Below, in pieces: positions 1 through 10,210 of a stretch of DNA of 64,000 bases. The stretch's first letter is position 1. Each line of letters opens with the position of its first letter. The notes under the pieces were generated by a model. It had not been told where the DNA came from, searched no databases, and saw only the letters and a list, made by a program, of their open reading frames with translations. A program made the position numbers and the translations under genes. Source of the stretch: Eubacteriales bacterium (GTDB taxonomy: Bacteria > Bacillota > Clostridia > Oscillospirales > CAG-272); contig JAZNII010000045.1 in NCBI GenBank assembly GCA_045577415.1, forward strand, positions 1,815-65,814. Direction: 5' to 3'.

Positions 1-35
1 TTTTGAGTTGAATAGATAAACAGAAAGGAAAAAAG

Positions 36-674
36 ATGTCCAACATTTTCGATATTTTTAAAAAGATAGAAAAAGAGCGCGACGACAAGGCGCTCGTACC
101 CATCACGCACCTTGTGGTGGGTCTCGGCAACCCCGGTGACAAGTATTTTTATACGAGACACAACGCAGGATTTCTTGCGATGGACTACATCTCGCAGAAG
201 TGCGGGGCGACGGTCAACCGCTCGAAGTTCAAGGCTCTTGTGGGCGAGGCTACCATCGCGGGTAAGCGAGTTTTGCTGATAAAGCCCCAGACCTTTATGA
301 ACGCTTCGGGCGAGGCGGTCAGAGAGGCGATGGCTTTTTACAAAATTCCGATTGAAAACGTTATCGTGCTTTCCGACGACGTAAATCTTGACGTAGGAAG
401 AATGAGAGTGCGTAAAAGCGGCTCTGACGGAGGACAAAAAGGACTCCGCTCGATCATCACGCTGACCTCGTCCGATAACTTTCCGAGAATCCGCTTCGGC
501 GTTGGAAAAAAGCCTCATCCCGACTACGATATGGCGGATTGGGTGCTTGGAAACCTCTCCGACGAGGATAAAAAGATGATATTCGATTGCTTCGTCACGG
601 GATACGAGGGACTTGAAAAGCTTCTCGTCGGCGACGTCGACGGAGCGATGCAGATCTGTAATTCAAAAAAGTAA
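36..674 (+). CDS. pth: peptidyl-tRNA hydrolase
   Basis: 212-aa ORF with LVVGLGNPGDKY..TRHNAGF and the rest of the Pth core. It sits directly upstream of mfd, the classic pth-mfd synteny. It carries a ~24-aa N-terminal extension with no alternative Met. Confidence 0.92.
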   Translation: MSNIFDIFKKIEKERDDKALVPITHLVVGLGNPGDKYFYTRHNAGFLAMDYISQKCGATVNRSKFKALVGEATIAGKRVLLIKPQTFMNASGEAVREAMAFYKIPIENVIVLSDDVNLDVGRMRVRKSGSDGGQKGLRSIITLTSSDNFPRIRFGVGKKPHPDYDMADWVLGNLSDEDKKMIFDCFVTGYEGLEKLLVGDVDGAMQICNSKK

Positions 675-676
675 TT

Positions 677-3600
677 ATGTCAAACATCTTAACAACCCCA
701 ATGCGCGCGGACAGGGAGTACGTACAGCTCCTTGAGACCGTGCAAAAATGCTTTCGAGATAAATCTTTGCCCATCCTTGCAAGCGGACTTTCGGGCGGCT
801 CTGCCGACGCGCTGACCACCTGCCTGCTTGAGGACACGAAGGATAGAAGAAAGCACCCCGCTCTCATCGTCTGCCCCGAGGAAAAGGAGTGTCAGAGACT
901 GAGGCGCGACCTTGAGCAGTTCGGTCTCCGCTCGGCGTTCTTCGTGGCGCGAGACCTTACGTTTTATAATATAACCGCCTCCCATGAGTTTGAGCATGAG
1001 AGGCTTAAAGTCTTGTCGGGGCTGCTCTCGGGTGACCTTGACGCGGTCATCACCACTCCCGACGTGGCTCTCGGCTACACCGTCCCTCCCGAGGTGCTGA
1101 AAAGGAATATCATTGGCATCGATTTCGACACACGCATCGAGCCCGCCGACCTTGCGAAAAAGCTTGTGGCGGCAGGTTACTCACGCGTTGATATGGTCGA
1201 GGTCTCGGGTCAGTTCGCTCTTCGCGGCGGCATCGTTGACGTGTTTCCGCCAAACGGCACATTCGTCTGTGCCGACGGAGAGACGCGCGTGGGCAGCTTC
1301 CCTTTGCGTATCGAATTTTTCGACGATGAGATCGACCGTATGGGCATTTTTGATGCCGATACTCAAAGACTTTCACAGAATGTGGAAAGTGCCGAGTTCG
1401 CGCCTGCGAGAGAGATGCTTGTTTCCGCCGAGGCGCGCGAGGGAATAGAGAAGGCTATAAGAGAAAGATACAAAAAGTCAAGCGACGAAAAAGTCTGCGA
1501 GGTGCTGACCCGTGAGCTTGCCGCTCTTTCGGGCGACCTTGCCGACGTGGGATTTCTCGACAAATATTCGGTCCTCGTCTACCCTGAAAGGTGTTGTCTC
1601 CTCGACTATTTCGACGAAAAATCTCTCGTTATCATCCGCTCTACGGCCGCGGTCAATGACCGATTGAAAGCCGAAAAATGGCATGAAAATGAGAATATAA
1701 AAGAGCTTATCGAGGGCGGTACTATCTCTGCAAAATATGCGGAGTATTCCAAACCGGAGGACTATCTTGATTATTTTTGCGACAAAAACGTCACCGTCCA
1801 TCTTAACTCACTGTCGGGCGGACTTTCAGGCAAGCGGCTTTCGGGAATGTTTGGTTTCCGAACGAGGCAACCCGTGACGTACGTTGAAAACCTCAACCTG
1901 CTCTGCGAGGACCTCGTCACCTATCAGCACGGCGGCTATAAGGTCATTATAATGACCGAAAACGAGACCGCCGCAAACAATCTTGCGGGTCTTCTCCGCG
2001 ACACCGATTTTACCCCCGTAGTTTCGTCGGGCGAGATTGCCGATGCCTCGGAGCTGAAGGAGAAGATCGTATATATTACCTGGAAAAAGTCGATAGGCGG
2101 CTACGAGCTTATCACACCGAGGATCGCCGTTATCTCCACGGAAGGAGGGCGAAGCTCGGGCGGTCTCCACGCATCGGGATCAAAGAAAAGAAGCCGCAAA
2201 AAGCGCGACGACGCAAAGGCAATTTTGTCTTATGCCGAGCTTGAGGTTGGTGACATCGTAGTCCACGAGACCTACGGTATCGGCCGCTATCTTGGTATCG
2301 AAAATATCAAGATCGACGGCGTCAGCCGCGACTATATCAGTATCCAATACGCAGGCTCGGATAAACTCTGTATGCCCGTCGAAAAGCTTGATCTCGTGTC
2401 AAAATATATCGGAGCTCACTCCGACGACGGACTTGTCAAGCTCTCCAAAATGGGCGGCGAGCAGTGGAAAAAGTCGACGGCAAGAGCCAAGGGTGCGGTC
2501 CGCGAGATGGCGAAAGACCTTATCAAGCTCTATGCCGAGAGAATGAGACGTCCCGGCTACGCCTTCGACTCTGACGACGATATGCAAAAAAGCTTTGAGG
2601 AGTCCTTTGACTACGACGAGACCGACTGTCAGCTCGATGCTATCGCCGACATAAAGCAGGATATGATGCGTTCCACGCCAATGGACAGATTGCTTTGCGG
2701 CGACGTTGGCTACGGCAAGACCGAGGTAGCGTTCCGCGCGGCTTACAAGGCGGTGCTTTCGGGCAAGCAGGTGGCGATACTTGTGCCTACCACGATCCTT
2801 GCGCTCCAGCACTTCCAGACGGCGCAGAGCCGAATGAGAAATTTTGCCGTTAATATTGATATGATATCGCGCTTCCGCACCCCAAAGCAGGTCGAGCAAT
2901 CTCTGCGCCGACTTGAAAGGGGAGACACCGACATCATCATCGGAACTCATAAATTGCTTGGCAAGGAAGTGAAATTCCACGATCTCGGTCTCCTTATCGT
3001 TGACGAGGAACAGAGATTTGGCGTGGCGCAGAAGGAAAAATTGAAGCAGTTTGGCGGCAACATCGACGTCCTGACACTTTCGGCAACGCCTATCCCGAGA
3101 ACGCTCAATATGGCTATGGGCGGTATCCGTGACATTTCGCTGCTTGACGAAGCCCCCGGCGACCGATTGCCCGTGCAGACCTACGTTCTCGAATACGACG
3201 AGCTTATTATTTTTGAAGCCATCCGCAGGGAACTGCGCCGTGGCGGTCAGGTCTTTTATATCCACAATTTCGTCGAGTCTATCGACCGCGTTGCGGCAGA
3301 GATCTCCAAAGCAATACCCGAGGCGAGAGTGACGGTGGCTCACGGAAAGATGGACAAGGACGAGCTTGAGGATATATGGAGCAGAATGCTTTCGGGAGAG
3401 ATAGATATTCTGGTCTGCACTACGATCATCGAAACGGGAATAGACATCCCCAACGCCAACACTCTGATAGCCGACAGATCTAACAGATTGGGACTTTCAC
3501 AGCTTCATCAGCTCAGAGGTCGCGTGGGTCGTTCCTCGCGCAGAGCTTACGCCTATTTCACCTATCCCAAGGACAGAAATCTAACCGAGATCGCCCAAAA

Positions 3601-4261
3601 GAGGCTTGAAGCGATCAAGGAATACGCCGAGTTTGGCGCGGGATTCAGAATTGCCTTGCGCGACATGGAGATACGCGGCGCTGGCAACATTCTCGGAGCG
3701 GAGCAGCACGGTCACCTTGAGGCGATCGGATACGATCTTTACATCAAGCTCTTGAACGACGCGGTGCTTGAAGAAAAGGGAGAGAAGCCGAAGGAGAGAG
3801 GCGAGTGCGTGGTCAGCTTCGCTCACGACGCTTATATTCCCGAAAAATACGTCCGTTATCCCGGTCAGCGAATGACGCTCTATAAGAGAATTGCCTTGAT
3901 CCGCAATCAGTACGATGCCGACGACATCGCCGACGAGCTGCTCGACCGTTTCGGCGAGATGCCCGATGCGGTAGATAACCTTTTGCGCGTGGCGCTTATC
4001 CGCGCTATGGCAGAAGAGATAGGATTCAGACAGATCACCGAAATGAACGGAGAGATAAGATTTTATCAGACCGCACCCAATATGGACGTGTTCCGTGAGC
4101 TTGCGTTTATCACGGGAGGCAGACTCCGTGTCAATATGGGTTCGGGAGAGAGCTTCGGCGTACTGAAACTTAAGCAAAATGAGAGATCTCTTGTAATAGT
4201 TTACAGAATGTTTGAAAAATATCTTGAAACTGTACAAAATGAGGAAAAAGATTTCGAATAA
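677..4261 (+). CDS. mfd: transcription-repair coupling factor
   Basis: 1194 aa. CarD-like region EVGDIVVHETYGIGRY; SF2 helicase motifs GDVGYGKTE, DEEQRFG, SATPIPRT; size and order typical of Mfd. Confidence 0.95.
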   Translation: MSNILTTPMRADREYVQLLETVQKCFRDKSLPILASGLSGGSADALTTCLLEDTKDRRKHPALIVCPEEKECQRLRRDLEQFGLRSAFFVARDLTFYNITASHEFEHERLKVLSGLLSGDLDAVITTPDVALGYTVPPEVLKRNIIGIDFDTRIEPADLAKKLVAAGYSRVDMVEVSGQFALRGGIVDVFPPNGTFVCADGETRVGSFPLRIEFFDDEIDRMGIFDADTQRLSQNVESAEFAPAREMLVSAEAREGIEKAIRERYKKSSDEKVCEVLTRELAALSGDLADVGFLDKYSVLVYPERCCLLDYFDEKSLVIIRSTAAVNDRLKAEKWHENENIKELIEGGTISAKYAEYSKPEDYLDYFCDKNVTVHLNSLSGGLSGKRLSGMFGFRTRQPVTYVENLNLLCEDLVTYQHGGYKVIIMTENETAANNLAGLLRDTDFTPVVSSGEIADASELKEKIVYITWKKSIGGYELITPRIAVISTEGGRSSGGLHASGSKKRSRKKRDDAKAILSYAELEVGDIVVHETYGIGRYLGIENIKIDGVSRDYISIQYAGSDKLCMPVEKLDLVSKYIGAHSDDGLVKLSKMGGEQWKKSTARAKGAVREMAKDLIKLYAERMRRPGYAFDSDDDMQKSFEESFDYDETDCQLDAIADIKQDMMRSTPMDRLLCGDVGYGKTEVAFRAAYKAVLSGKQVAILVPTTILALQHFQTAQSRMRNFAVNIDMISRFRTPKQVEQSLRRLERGDTDIIIGTHKLLGKEVKFHDLGLLIVDEEQRFGVAQKEKLKQFGGNIDVLTLSATPIPRTLNMAMGGIRDISLLDEAPGDRLPVQTYVLEYDELIIFEAIRRELRRGGQVFYIHNFVESIDRVAAEISKAIPEARVTVAHGKMDKDELEDIWSRMLSGEIDILVCTTIIETGIDIPNANTLIADRSNRLGLSQLHQLRGRVGRSSRRAYAYFTYPKDRNLTEIAQKRLEAIKEYAEFGAGFRIALRDMEIRGAGNILGAEQHGHLEAIGYDLYIKLLNDAVLEEKGEKPKERGECVVSFAHDAYIPEKYVRYPGQRMTLYKRIALIRNQYDADDIADELLDRFGEMPDAVDNLLRVALIRAMAEEIGFRQITEMNGEIRFYQTAPNMDVFRELAFITGGRLRVNMGSGESFGVLKLKQNERSLVIVYRMFEKYLETVQNEEKDFE

Positions 4262-4321
4262 TTAGGTTGTATAATTAAAAGAAGCATATTTTGTCAATAT
4301 ACTGCTTGAAAGGTAAAATAA

Positions 4322-5626
4322 ATGAAAAAAACCGCAAAAATTATTATACTTGCCGTTGCCATTTGTATGGTGATAGCGGCGCTTGCATCCTGCTCGTCGG
4401 CTGGTGATAGCGTGATGACCTTGGCAGATAAGAGCATATCGGTCAACACCTATCAGCTCCTGCTTTGCAGAATGAAGGGAACTCTCGACAGCTACGGCTA
4501 CGACGTGAGCAATCAGAAATTCTGGCGAACTATAATCACCGCCGACGGCACTACCTACGACGACTACTTCACCGCAAGTATTCAGGAGCAGGCGAGCCGC
4601 TACCTTATAGCCGACTATCTTTTTGACCGCAACGGTCTCGTGCTTACGGACGACCGCATCGAGACGGTAGATAAGCTTATGGACGCTTACGTCAAGCAGG
4701 CGGGGTCGAAGAACTCCCTTAACGCAAAGCTGAAGAATTACGGAGCAAACTACGATATACTCCGCGACCTTCTTATCCTTGAAACCAAGATAGATATGCT
4801 AAAGGATCACCTCTACGGAGAAAAGGGAGAGAAGATCGATACAGAGGTCAAGGAAAAGTATCTGCGCGAGAATTACGTGGCGTTCGGTCAGATCTTCTTC
4901 GCCACCTATTCCTACGTTCCCGAGGTGGACGAATTTGGTGACAGGGTCTACTATACCGACGAAAAATACACCGCGATCGCTTACGATAAAGAGAACGGCA
5001 CCACCAAAACCGACGAGTACGGCAAGGTTATAGTGGACGCGCTGAAAAATCCCAGATATTATAATAGCGAGGGTAAGATAGCCTACGATACCGAAAAGGG
5101 CGTTGCAGGGTATCAGACCGAGACCGACAAGGACGGAAACAAGATAAAGAAGACAAATAATATGACTCCCAAGGAGATCGAGGAGCTTGCCGTCAAGGTG
5201 GACGGATACCTGAACGCTTGCGACGGAGATATCGACGTCTTTCTTGAACACGCCGAGCTTTACGGCGAGGGCGAGGGAGACGGCGAGATAATGTATCTCT
5301 ATTCGGGAGCTGACTATTACGGAGCTATCGACGAGTCACTCTCTTATCTTGACGAAATTTCCGAGAACATAAAGTCGGCAGAGCTTGGTGACTGCTCGGT
5401 AGTTCAATCGGGCTACGGCTTCCACTTGGTATGCAAGTACGAGATCGAATCGGGCGCGTACGACGATGAGGAGCAGAAGGACACCTTTACCGACTTTTAT
5501 CTCAACCTTATCGCCGAGATATTCGACGGGGAGTGCAAGGAGTATGAGTCTGCCGTCGTAATAAACAAGGACGCGCTTGAGTCTGCCCCCACAATGGCAG
5601 AGGTAGAGATCAACGTTCTTTACTGA
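4322..5626 (+). CDS. PrsA/SurA-like lipoprotein with a divergent parvulin-type domain
   Basis: Lipobox ALASC after a hydrophobic N-terminus. The C-terminal GYGFHLVCKYE resembles the end of a PpiC rotamase. The position after mfd matches the clostridial prsA-like foldase position. It is a paralogue of the next gene. Confidence 0.6.
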   Translation: MKKTAKIIILAVAICMVIAALASCSSAGDSVMTLADKSISVNTYQLLLCRMKGTLDSYGYDVSNQKFWRTIITADGTTYDDYFTASIQEQASRYLIADYLFDRNGLVLTDDRIETVDKLMDAYVKQAGSKNSLNAKLKNYGANYDILRDLLILETKIDMLKDHLYGEKGEKIDTEVKEKYLRENYVAFGQIFFATYSYVPEVDEFGDRVYYTDEKYTAIAYDKENGTTKTDEYGKVIVDALKNPRYYNSEGKIAYDTEKGVAGYQTETDKDGNKIKKTNNMTPKEIEELAVKVDGYLNACDGDIDVFLEHAELYGEGEGDGEIMYLYSGADYYGAIDESLSYLDEISENIKSAELGDCSVVQSGYGFHLVCKYEIESGAYDDEEQKDTFTDFYLNLIAEIFDGECKEYESAVVINKDALESAPTMAEVEINVLY

Positions 5627-5655
5627 TAAAAGCTTAATGATCTAAGGAATTGAAA

Positions 5656-6993
5656 ATGAAACGATTTGAATTCAAAATGGCGGTGATAAAGACTGCCGCA
5701 ATAATACTTTCGTTAATTACCGTCCTGACTCTCCTTGCCGCTTGCGGAGAGCAAGAGCGGAAGACTGAGGCAAACACCTCCCCCATCCTTGAATGTGACG
5801 GCGTTGAGCTGCCCCTGTTTTTCTATGAATTTATGCTTTCAAGAGTAAAGGGAGACCTTGCGAGAAATCAGAATAAGGTCACCGATCCCGATTTCTGGTA
5901 CGCAGAGATCGAGGGAGACGGCAGAACCTACGAGGAGTATTACAACGAGTACATTCTGGAGAGATGCAAGAACTATCTTGTCGCTCTGGTCATCTTCCAC
6001 AAGGAGGGGCTGACCCTTCCCAAAAGCAAGCTTGCCTCAATAGACGAGGAGGTTCAGTTTTACATCGATTACGACGGCAAAGGCGACGAGGATGCCTTCA
6101 GCGCGTCTATAAAAAAGCTTGGAGTTGATGCCGAGGCGCTTCGCCGCTGCTACATCATCGAAGCTAAGTACGAGTATCTTATGAGCTATCTTTACGGCGA
6201 CGGCGAGCTTATAGGAGACACCTTGAAGGATAAATACTACAAAGAGAATTACGTGCGCTTCAAGCAAATACTTATCCGTAAGTTCAAGTACGAATTTCAG
6301 TATGACGAGCAGGGAAATCTTATGTATTTCGATCCCGATAGCGGAAAGCCTGTCTACGATGAGAAGAACGGCAGTGTCAAGTACGATGAAAAGGGAAGCC
6401 GTATAAAGGATAGCTATGGCGTACCCATATATTACGACGAGAACGGCAAGATAATCTACGATACCCAGCGCGGAATGCCTTCCGAAAAGCTTGACGCAGA
6501 CGGAAATGCGATAAGATACGACTATACAGAAGCCGAGCTTGCGGAGAGAACCGCGACCGCCGAAAGCATAGCGGCAAGCATCAAAGCGGGCGATTATGCC
6601 GCCTTTGAGAGTAAGCTCACCGAGGTGAACGCGGAGGAAATGATCTTTGAGAGCTACACTGACGGCTATTATCTTTCAAGGCTTGAGGAGGAAAACTATA
6701 TCAGGTACGGATATATAAATCTTATCCTTGATGAGCTTGAAAATATGGAGATAGGCGATGTTGCGGTGGTAGAAAGCGAGGAGGGTTATCATGTCATTAT
6801 GAGATACGAGCTTGAGGAGGGCAAATTTTCCGACGGTGAGTATTCCCAGTGGTTCGAAAATCTGGACGAAAAAATAATTCTCGACCTTTTCCGAGGCGAG
6901 ATAGCAGAAGTGCTTCCCAATATCAAAGTAAATTCCGAAAACCTTGCCACGGCAAGATCTATTACAAGAGTTGGAATAAATTACGATTATTGA
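5656..6993 (+). CDS. PrsA/SurA-like lipoprotein, paralogue
   Basis: Lipobox LLAAC. EEGYHVIMRYE rotamase-like end. Same architecture as 4322-5626. I prefer the ATG at 5656 (AAGGA 6 nt upstream) over the TTG at 5650. Confidence 0.6.
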   Translation: MKRFEFKMAVIKTAAIILSLITVLTLLAACGEQERKTEANTSPILECDGVELPLFFYEFMLSRVKGDLARNQNKVTDPDFWYAEIEGDGRTYEEYYNEYILERCKNYLVALVIFHKEGLTLPKSKLASIDEEVQFYIDYDGKGDEDAFSASIKKLGVDAEALRRCYIIEAKYEYLMSYLYGDGELIGDTLKDKYYKENYVRFKQILIRKFKYEFQYDEQGNLMYFDPDSGKPVYDEKNGSVKYDEKGSRIKDSYGVPIYYDENGKIIYDTQRGMPSEKLDADGNAIRYDYTEAELAERTATAESIAASIKAGDYAAFESKLTEVNAEEMIFESYTDGYYLSRLEEENYIRYGYINLILDELENMEIGDVAVVESEEGYHVIMRYELEEGKFSDGEYSQWFENLDEKIILDLFRGEIAEVLPNIKVNSENLATARSITRVGINYDY

Positions 6994-7151
6994 TCCAAAT
7001 TAAATATGTTTAAAGGACGGCGCGTCCCTTTCGGTATCAGCGAAGGCTGTTACATGAGAGGTATGCGCCTCCTTTGTGTCCGTGCGGTTACGCATTGAAA
7101 AAAATGTTACAAAATAAGATTTGAAACCCACATAAAAACAAATATTTTCTG

Positions 7152-7180
7152 TTGACGAAATCCTCAATATGTGATACAAT
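7152..7180 (+). promoter_or_regulatory. sigma-A-like promoter of cysE
   Basis: TTGACG (7152-7157), 17-nt spacer, extended -10 TGaTACAAT (7172-7180); about 50 nt upstream of the cysE ATG. Confidence 0.55.
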
Positions 7181-7236
7181 TATAATGTATAGGTATTTTT
7201 TGGGTACAGTTTACCACCTCGAACGGAGGACTATTT

Positions 7237-7941
7237 ATGAAGCACGATGAATTGATAAGCTTTGATCCCAAGTTAAACGTAAAAGACACCTTGAACTTGG
7301 TTTTTGAAGAGATAAGAGAGGACGTTGCGGCGTTCAGACAAAGAGACCCTGCTGCAAAGAGCAACGTGGAGATAGTTCTGCTTTATTCGGGCTTTCACGC
7401 GATACTTGCGTACCGTGTGGCGCATAAGCTCTATATAAGCGGTCATACCTTTTCTGCCAGAGCGGTCAGCCAGATAGCAAAATTTTTCACAGGCATCGAG
7501 ATACACCCCGGAGCTACTATCGGCAAAAGATTGGTCATAGACCACGGAATGGGTGTGGTCATAGGCGAGACGACCGAGATAGGCGACGACTGCACTATTT
7601 ATCAGGGTGTTACTCTGGGCGGTACGGGTAAGGACATAGGCAAGCGCCATCCCACCATCGGCAACAATGTGCTTGTGGGCGCAGGAGCAAAGGTTCTCGG
7701 TCCTATTCTGATCGACGATAACAGTAAGGTGGCGGCAAACGCCGTTGTCCTCAAAAATATCGCGGGCAACAGTACCGCAGTGGGAATTCCCGCGAGAGTT
7801 GTGAGACAAGAGGGAAGACGTGTTGACGATCTTGATCAGGTACACATCCCCGACCCCGTTGCTCAGGAAATAAACAGACTTGAAGAAAAGCTTGCGTCTC
7901 TCTCCCGTGAGATAGAGGAGCTGAAGGCGGCAAAGAAGTAA
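7237..7941 (+). CDS. cysE: serine O-acetyltransferase
   Basis: SATase N-terminal helix region plus hexapeptide repeats GIEIHPGATIGKRLVIDHGMGVVIGETTEIGDDCTIYQGVTLGG. It has a C-terminal coiled-coil-like tail. Confidence 0.92.
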   Translation: MKHDELISFDPKLNVKDTLNLVFEEIREDVAAFRQRDPAAKSNVEIVLLYSGFHAILAYRVAHKLYISGHTFSARAVSQIAKFFTGIEIHPGATIGKRLVIDHGMGVVIGETTEIGDDCTIYQGVTLGGTGKDIGKRHPTIGNNVLVGAGAKVLGPILIDDNSKVAANAVVLKNIAGNSTAVGIPARVVRQEGRRVDDLDQVHIPDPVAQEINRLEEKLASLSREIEELKAAKK

Positions 7942-7972
7942 GATTTAAAGCTGAACAAAGAGGATCTTAAAT

Positions 7973-8869
7973 ATGGTATATATTCTTTATAACCCTATGG
8001 CTCATAGCGGAAATAACGATCTAAACATCATCAATAAGGATGAGAACGCGGATAAGCCTGCTGTGAGAAAGATAAATATAGTCGATCTTGATGTGGCGGC
8101 TTTTTGCAGCGGACTGACAGAGAACGATCGAGTTCTTATCAGAGGCGGCGACGGCACTCTGCATCACTTTGCGAATCATGCAAAGGGCGTTGAGTTCCCG
8201 TGCAAGGTGTTTATGATACGCTCGGGTACGGGTAACGATTTTCTCAATGATATTGGGCAGATGAACAGCGTGGATCTTGTGGATATAAGAGACTATCTCC
8301 GCGATCTGCCTATTGTCTCCTTCAAAGGAAAAGAGCTTTGCTTCGTTAACGGAGTTGGTCTTGGAGTTGACGGCGCAGTCTGTCACGGAGTCGAGATCTA
8401 TAAAGTCAAAAACCCCAATAAAAAGGCAAATTATACCGCCATCGCCCTTCAGGAGATCGGTTATAAATACAAGAGACCCGACGCAAAGATCACTGTTGAC
8501 GGTGTAACACGCAGCTATGAAAAAGTCTGGGCGGTGTCCACTATGAAGGGCAAGTATTACGGCGGTGGAATGATGATCGCCCCCTCACAGGACAGAGAAA
8601 GCGGCAAGGTCAGCGTTATGATCATGCACGGCGGAACGAGAGTCAAAGCGCTTTCGGTCTTTGCAAAGGTGAAGAACGGCGGACATATAAAGCATACCGA
8701 GATGATCGAGATAGTGGAGGGATATGACGTAAAGGTCGAGTTCAACGCTCCATCCGACCTTCAAGTGGACGGCGAGGTGTATACGGGCATTATGAAATAT
8801 TCGGTACACTGCAAAAATGACAAGGGTATTGTGGGAAGCGTTGAGACGGTTGACGGACAGACCGTCTGA
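7973..8869 (+). CDS. diacylglycerol/lipid kinase family protein (YegS/BmrU-like)
   Basis: 298 aa. The catalytic-domain signature IRGGDGTLHHF and the GTGNDF motif are typical of the DAGK_cat family. Confidence 0.8.
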   Translation: MVYILYNPMAHSGNNDLNIINKDENADKPAVRKINIVDLDVAAFCSGLTENDRVLIRGGDGTLHHFANHAKGVEFPCKVFMIRSGTGNDFLNDIGQMNSVDLVDIRDYLRDLPIVSFKGKELCFVNGVGLGVDGAVCHGVEIYKVKNPNKKANYTAIALQEIGYKYKRPDAKITVDGVTRSYEKVWAVSTMKGKYYGGGMMIAPSQDRESGKVSVMIMHGGTRVKALSVFAKVKNGGHIKHTEMIEIVEGYDVKVEFNAPSDLQVDGEVYTGIMKYSVHCKNDKGIVGSVETVDGQTV

Positions 8870-8896
8870 CACGGCGTCTTATATGGAAATGAAAAT

Positions 8897-10177
8897 ATGG
8901 AAGAAATAATAGCGAAGGACAAGCTCCAAAACGGCGGCGTTTCGTACGAGAACGCGGTATTTATTGCGGTGGAGCTTGGGGAGCATATAATGAGGAGCGG
9001 CGGCGAGATAAGCCGAGCTGAGGATACGGTCAGCCGTATCTGCCGAGCTTACGGAGCCGTAACAGTGGACGTCACCGCGATCCTTTCGGTCATTGTGGTG
9101 ACTGCTGACTTCGGCGGAGTTAGTATCAACACCTCGCGACGCATCACCGAGATAGGCTCTCATAACCTCGGCAGACTTTCAAGACTTAACAATCTTTCAA
9201 GAAAGGTATGCAGTGAGCGTCCCTCCAAGAAAGAATTTCTTGAAAGCCTTGATAGGATAAACAAAATTTCAAGAGTTGGACCCGTACTCAGCGTTGTTGG
9301 TGGTGTTCTCGCGGCGGCAGGCTTTGCGGTGTTTTTCGGAGGCGGATGGAAGGATGCGATATTTTCGGGTCTTATCGCCGCGCCAATGACACTGCTTATG
9401 CGTTATCTGTCCAACACCAAGATGAACAATATCATCGCGAAATTTATCGTCTGCTTCGTGGGCGGTATACTTGCGGTGCTTGTGGACAGAATGGGACTTG
9501 GATGTAACGTCGATAAAATAATCATCGGAGACATAATGAACGTTATCCCCGGAGTGCTTCTGGCTAATTCGTTCAGAGACCTTTTCGGCGGAGATATAAT
9601 GTCGGGATTTTTCCGAATGTGTACGGCTCTGCTCGACGCTATCGCCATCGCCTTCGGCTACGCCGTGGCGATACTTACGCTTGGCGGAGTTTCCTCGCTT
9701 GGCGGAGAGCCGTGGGGTATCGCCGTCATACTTGTAGCTTCAACGGTCGGCACTATGGGTATCATATTGCAGTTCGGCATTGAAAAAAGAGTGATGCTTT
9801 GGGCGTTGCTTTCAAGCATTCTTTGTTGCGCCGCCTACGAAATATCGGTAAGACTGGGTTGCGGAATATTTCTGGCATCGCTTATCGCGTCGGCTGTGGC
9901 GGCGGCGTATTCCGACGTAATGGCGCATCTTATCAAGGTGCCTGCAACCGTTATGATAATTCCCGCAATAGTTCCGCTGGTACCGGGAGGAAAGCTCTAT
10001 TATACTATGTACGGCGCGGTCAGCTCCGATATGGCGAATTTCTCCGAAAACGGACTTGGAGCTTTGCAGATAGCGGCGGGACTTGCCATCGGTATCGTGG
10101 CGGTAACTGCCATCTCACGTCCGATAAACGATTATCTTGCCGACAAAAGACAGAAGGATCATAACAAAACAGTTTGA
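8897..10177 (+). CDS. ThrE-family threonine/serine exporter-like membrane protein (fused two-part form)
   Basis: 426 aa. The N-terminal GGEISRAEDTVSRICRAYG motif of the ThrE/DUF1212 part is followed by about 10 TM segments. Confidence 0.8.
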   Translation: MEEIIAKDKLQNGGVSYENAVFIAVELGEHIMRSGGEISRAEDTVSRICRAYGAVTVDVTAILSVIVVTADFGGVSINTSRRITEIGSHNLGRLSRLNNLSRKVCSERPSKKEFLESLDRINKISRVGPVLSVVGGVLAAAGFAVFFGGGWKDAIFSGLIAAPMTLLMRYLSNTKMNNIIAKFIVCFVGGILAVLVDRMGLGCNVDKIIIGDIMNVIPGVLLANSFRDLFGGDIMSGFFRMCTALLDAIAIAFGYAVAILTLGGVSSLGGEPWGIAVILVASTVGTMGIILQFGIEKRVMLWALLSSILCCAAYEISVRLGCGIFLASLIASAVAAAYSDVMAHLIKVPATVMIIPAIVPLVPGGKLYYTMYGAVSSDMANFSENGLGALQIAAGLAIGIVAVTAISRPINDYLADKRQKDHNKTV

Positions 10178-10210
10178 ACAGATCATTATATATTAAGAAA
10201 GGTTACAGAT

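Noticed and set aside
6994-7236. T-box or SAM riboswitch upstream of cysE.
   Set aside because: The good promoter at 7152-7180 leaves a leader of only ~50 nt. No conserved riboswitch core was seen, only a short CCTC/GAGG pairing around the Shine-Dalgarno sequence.
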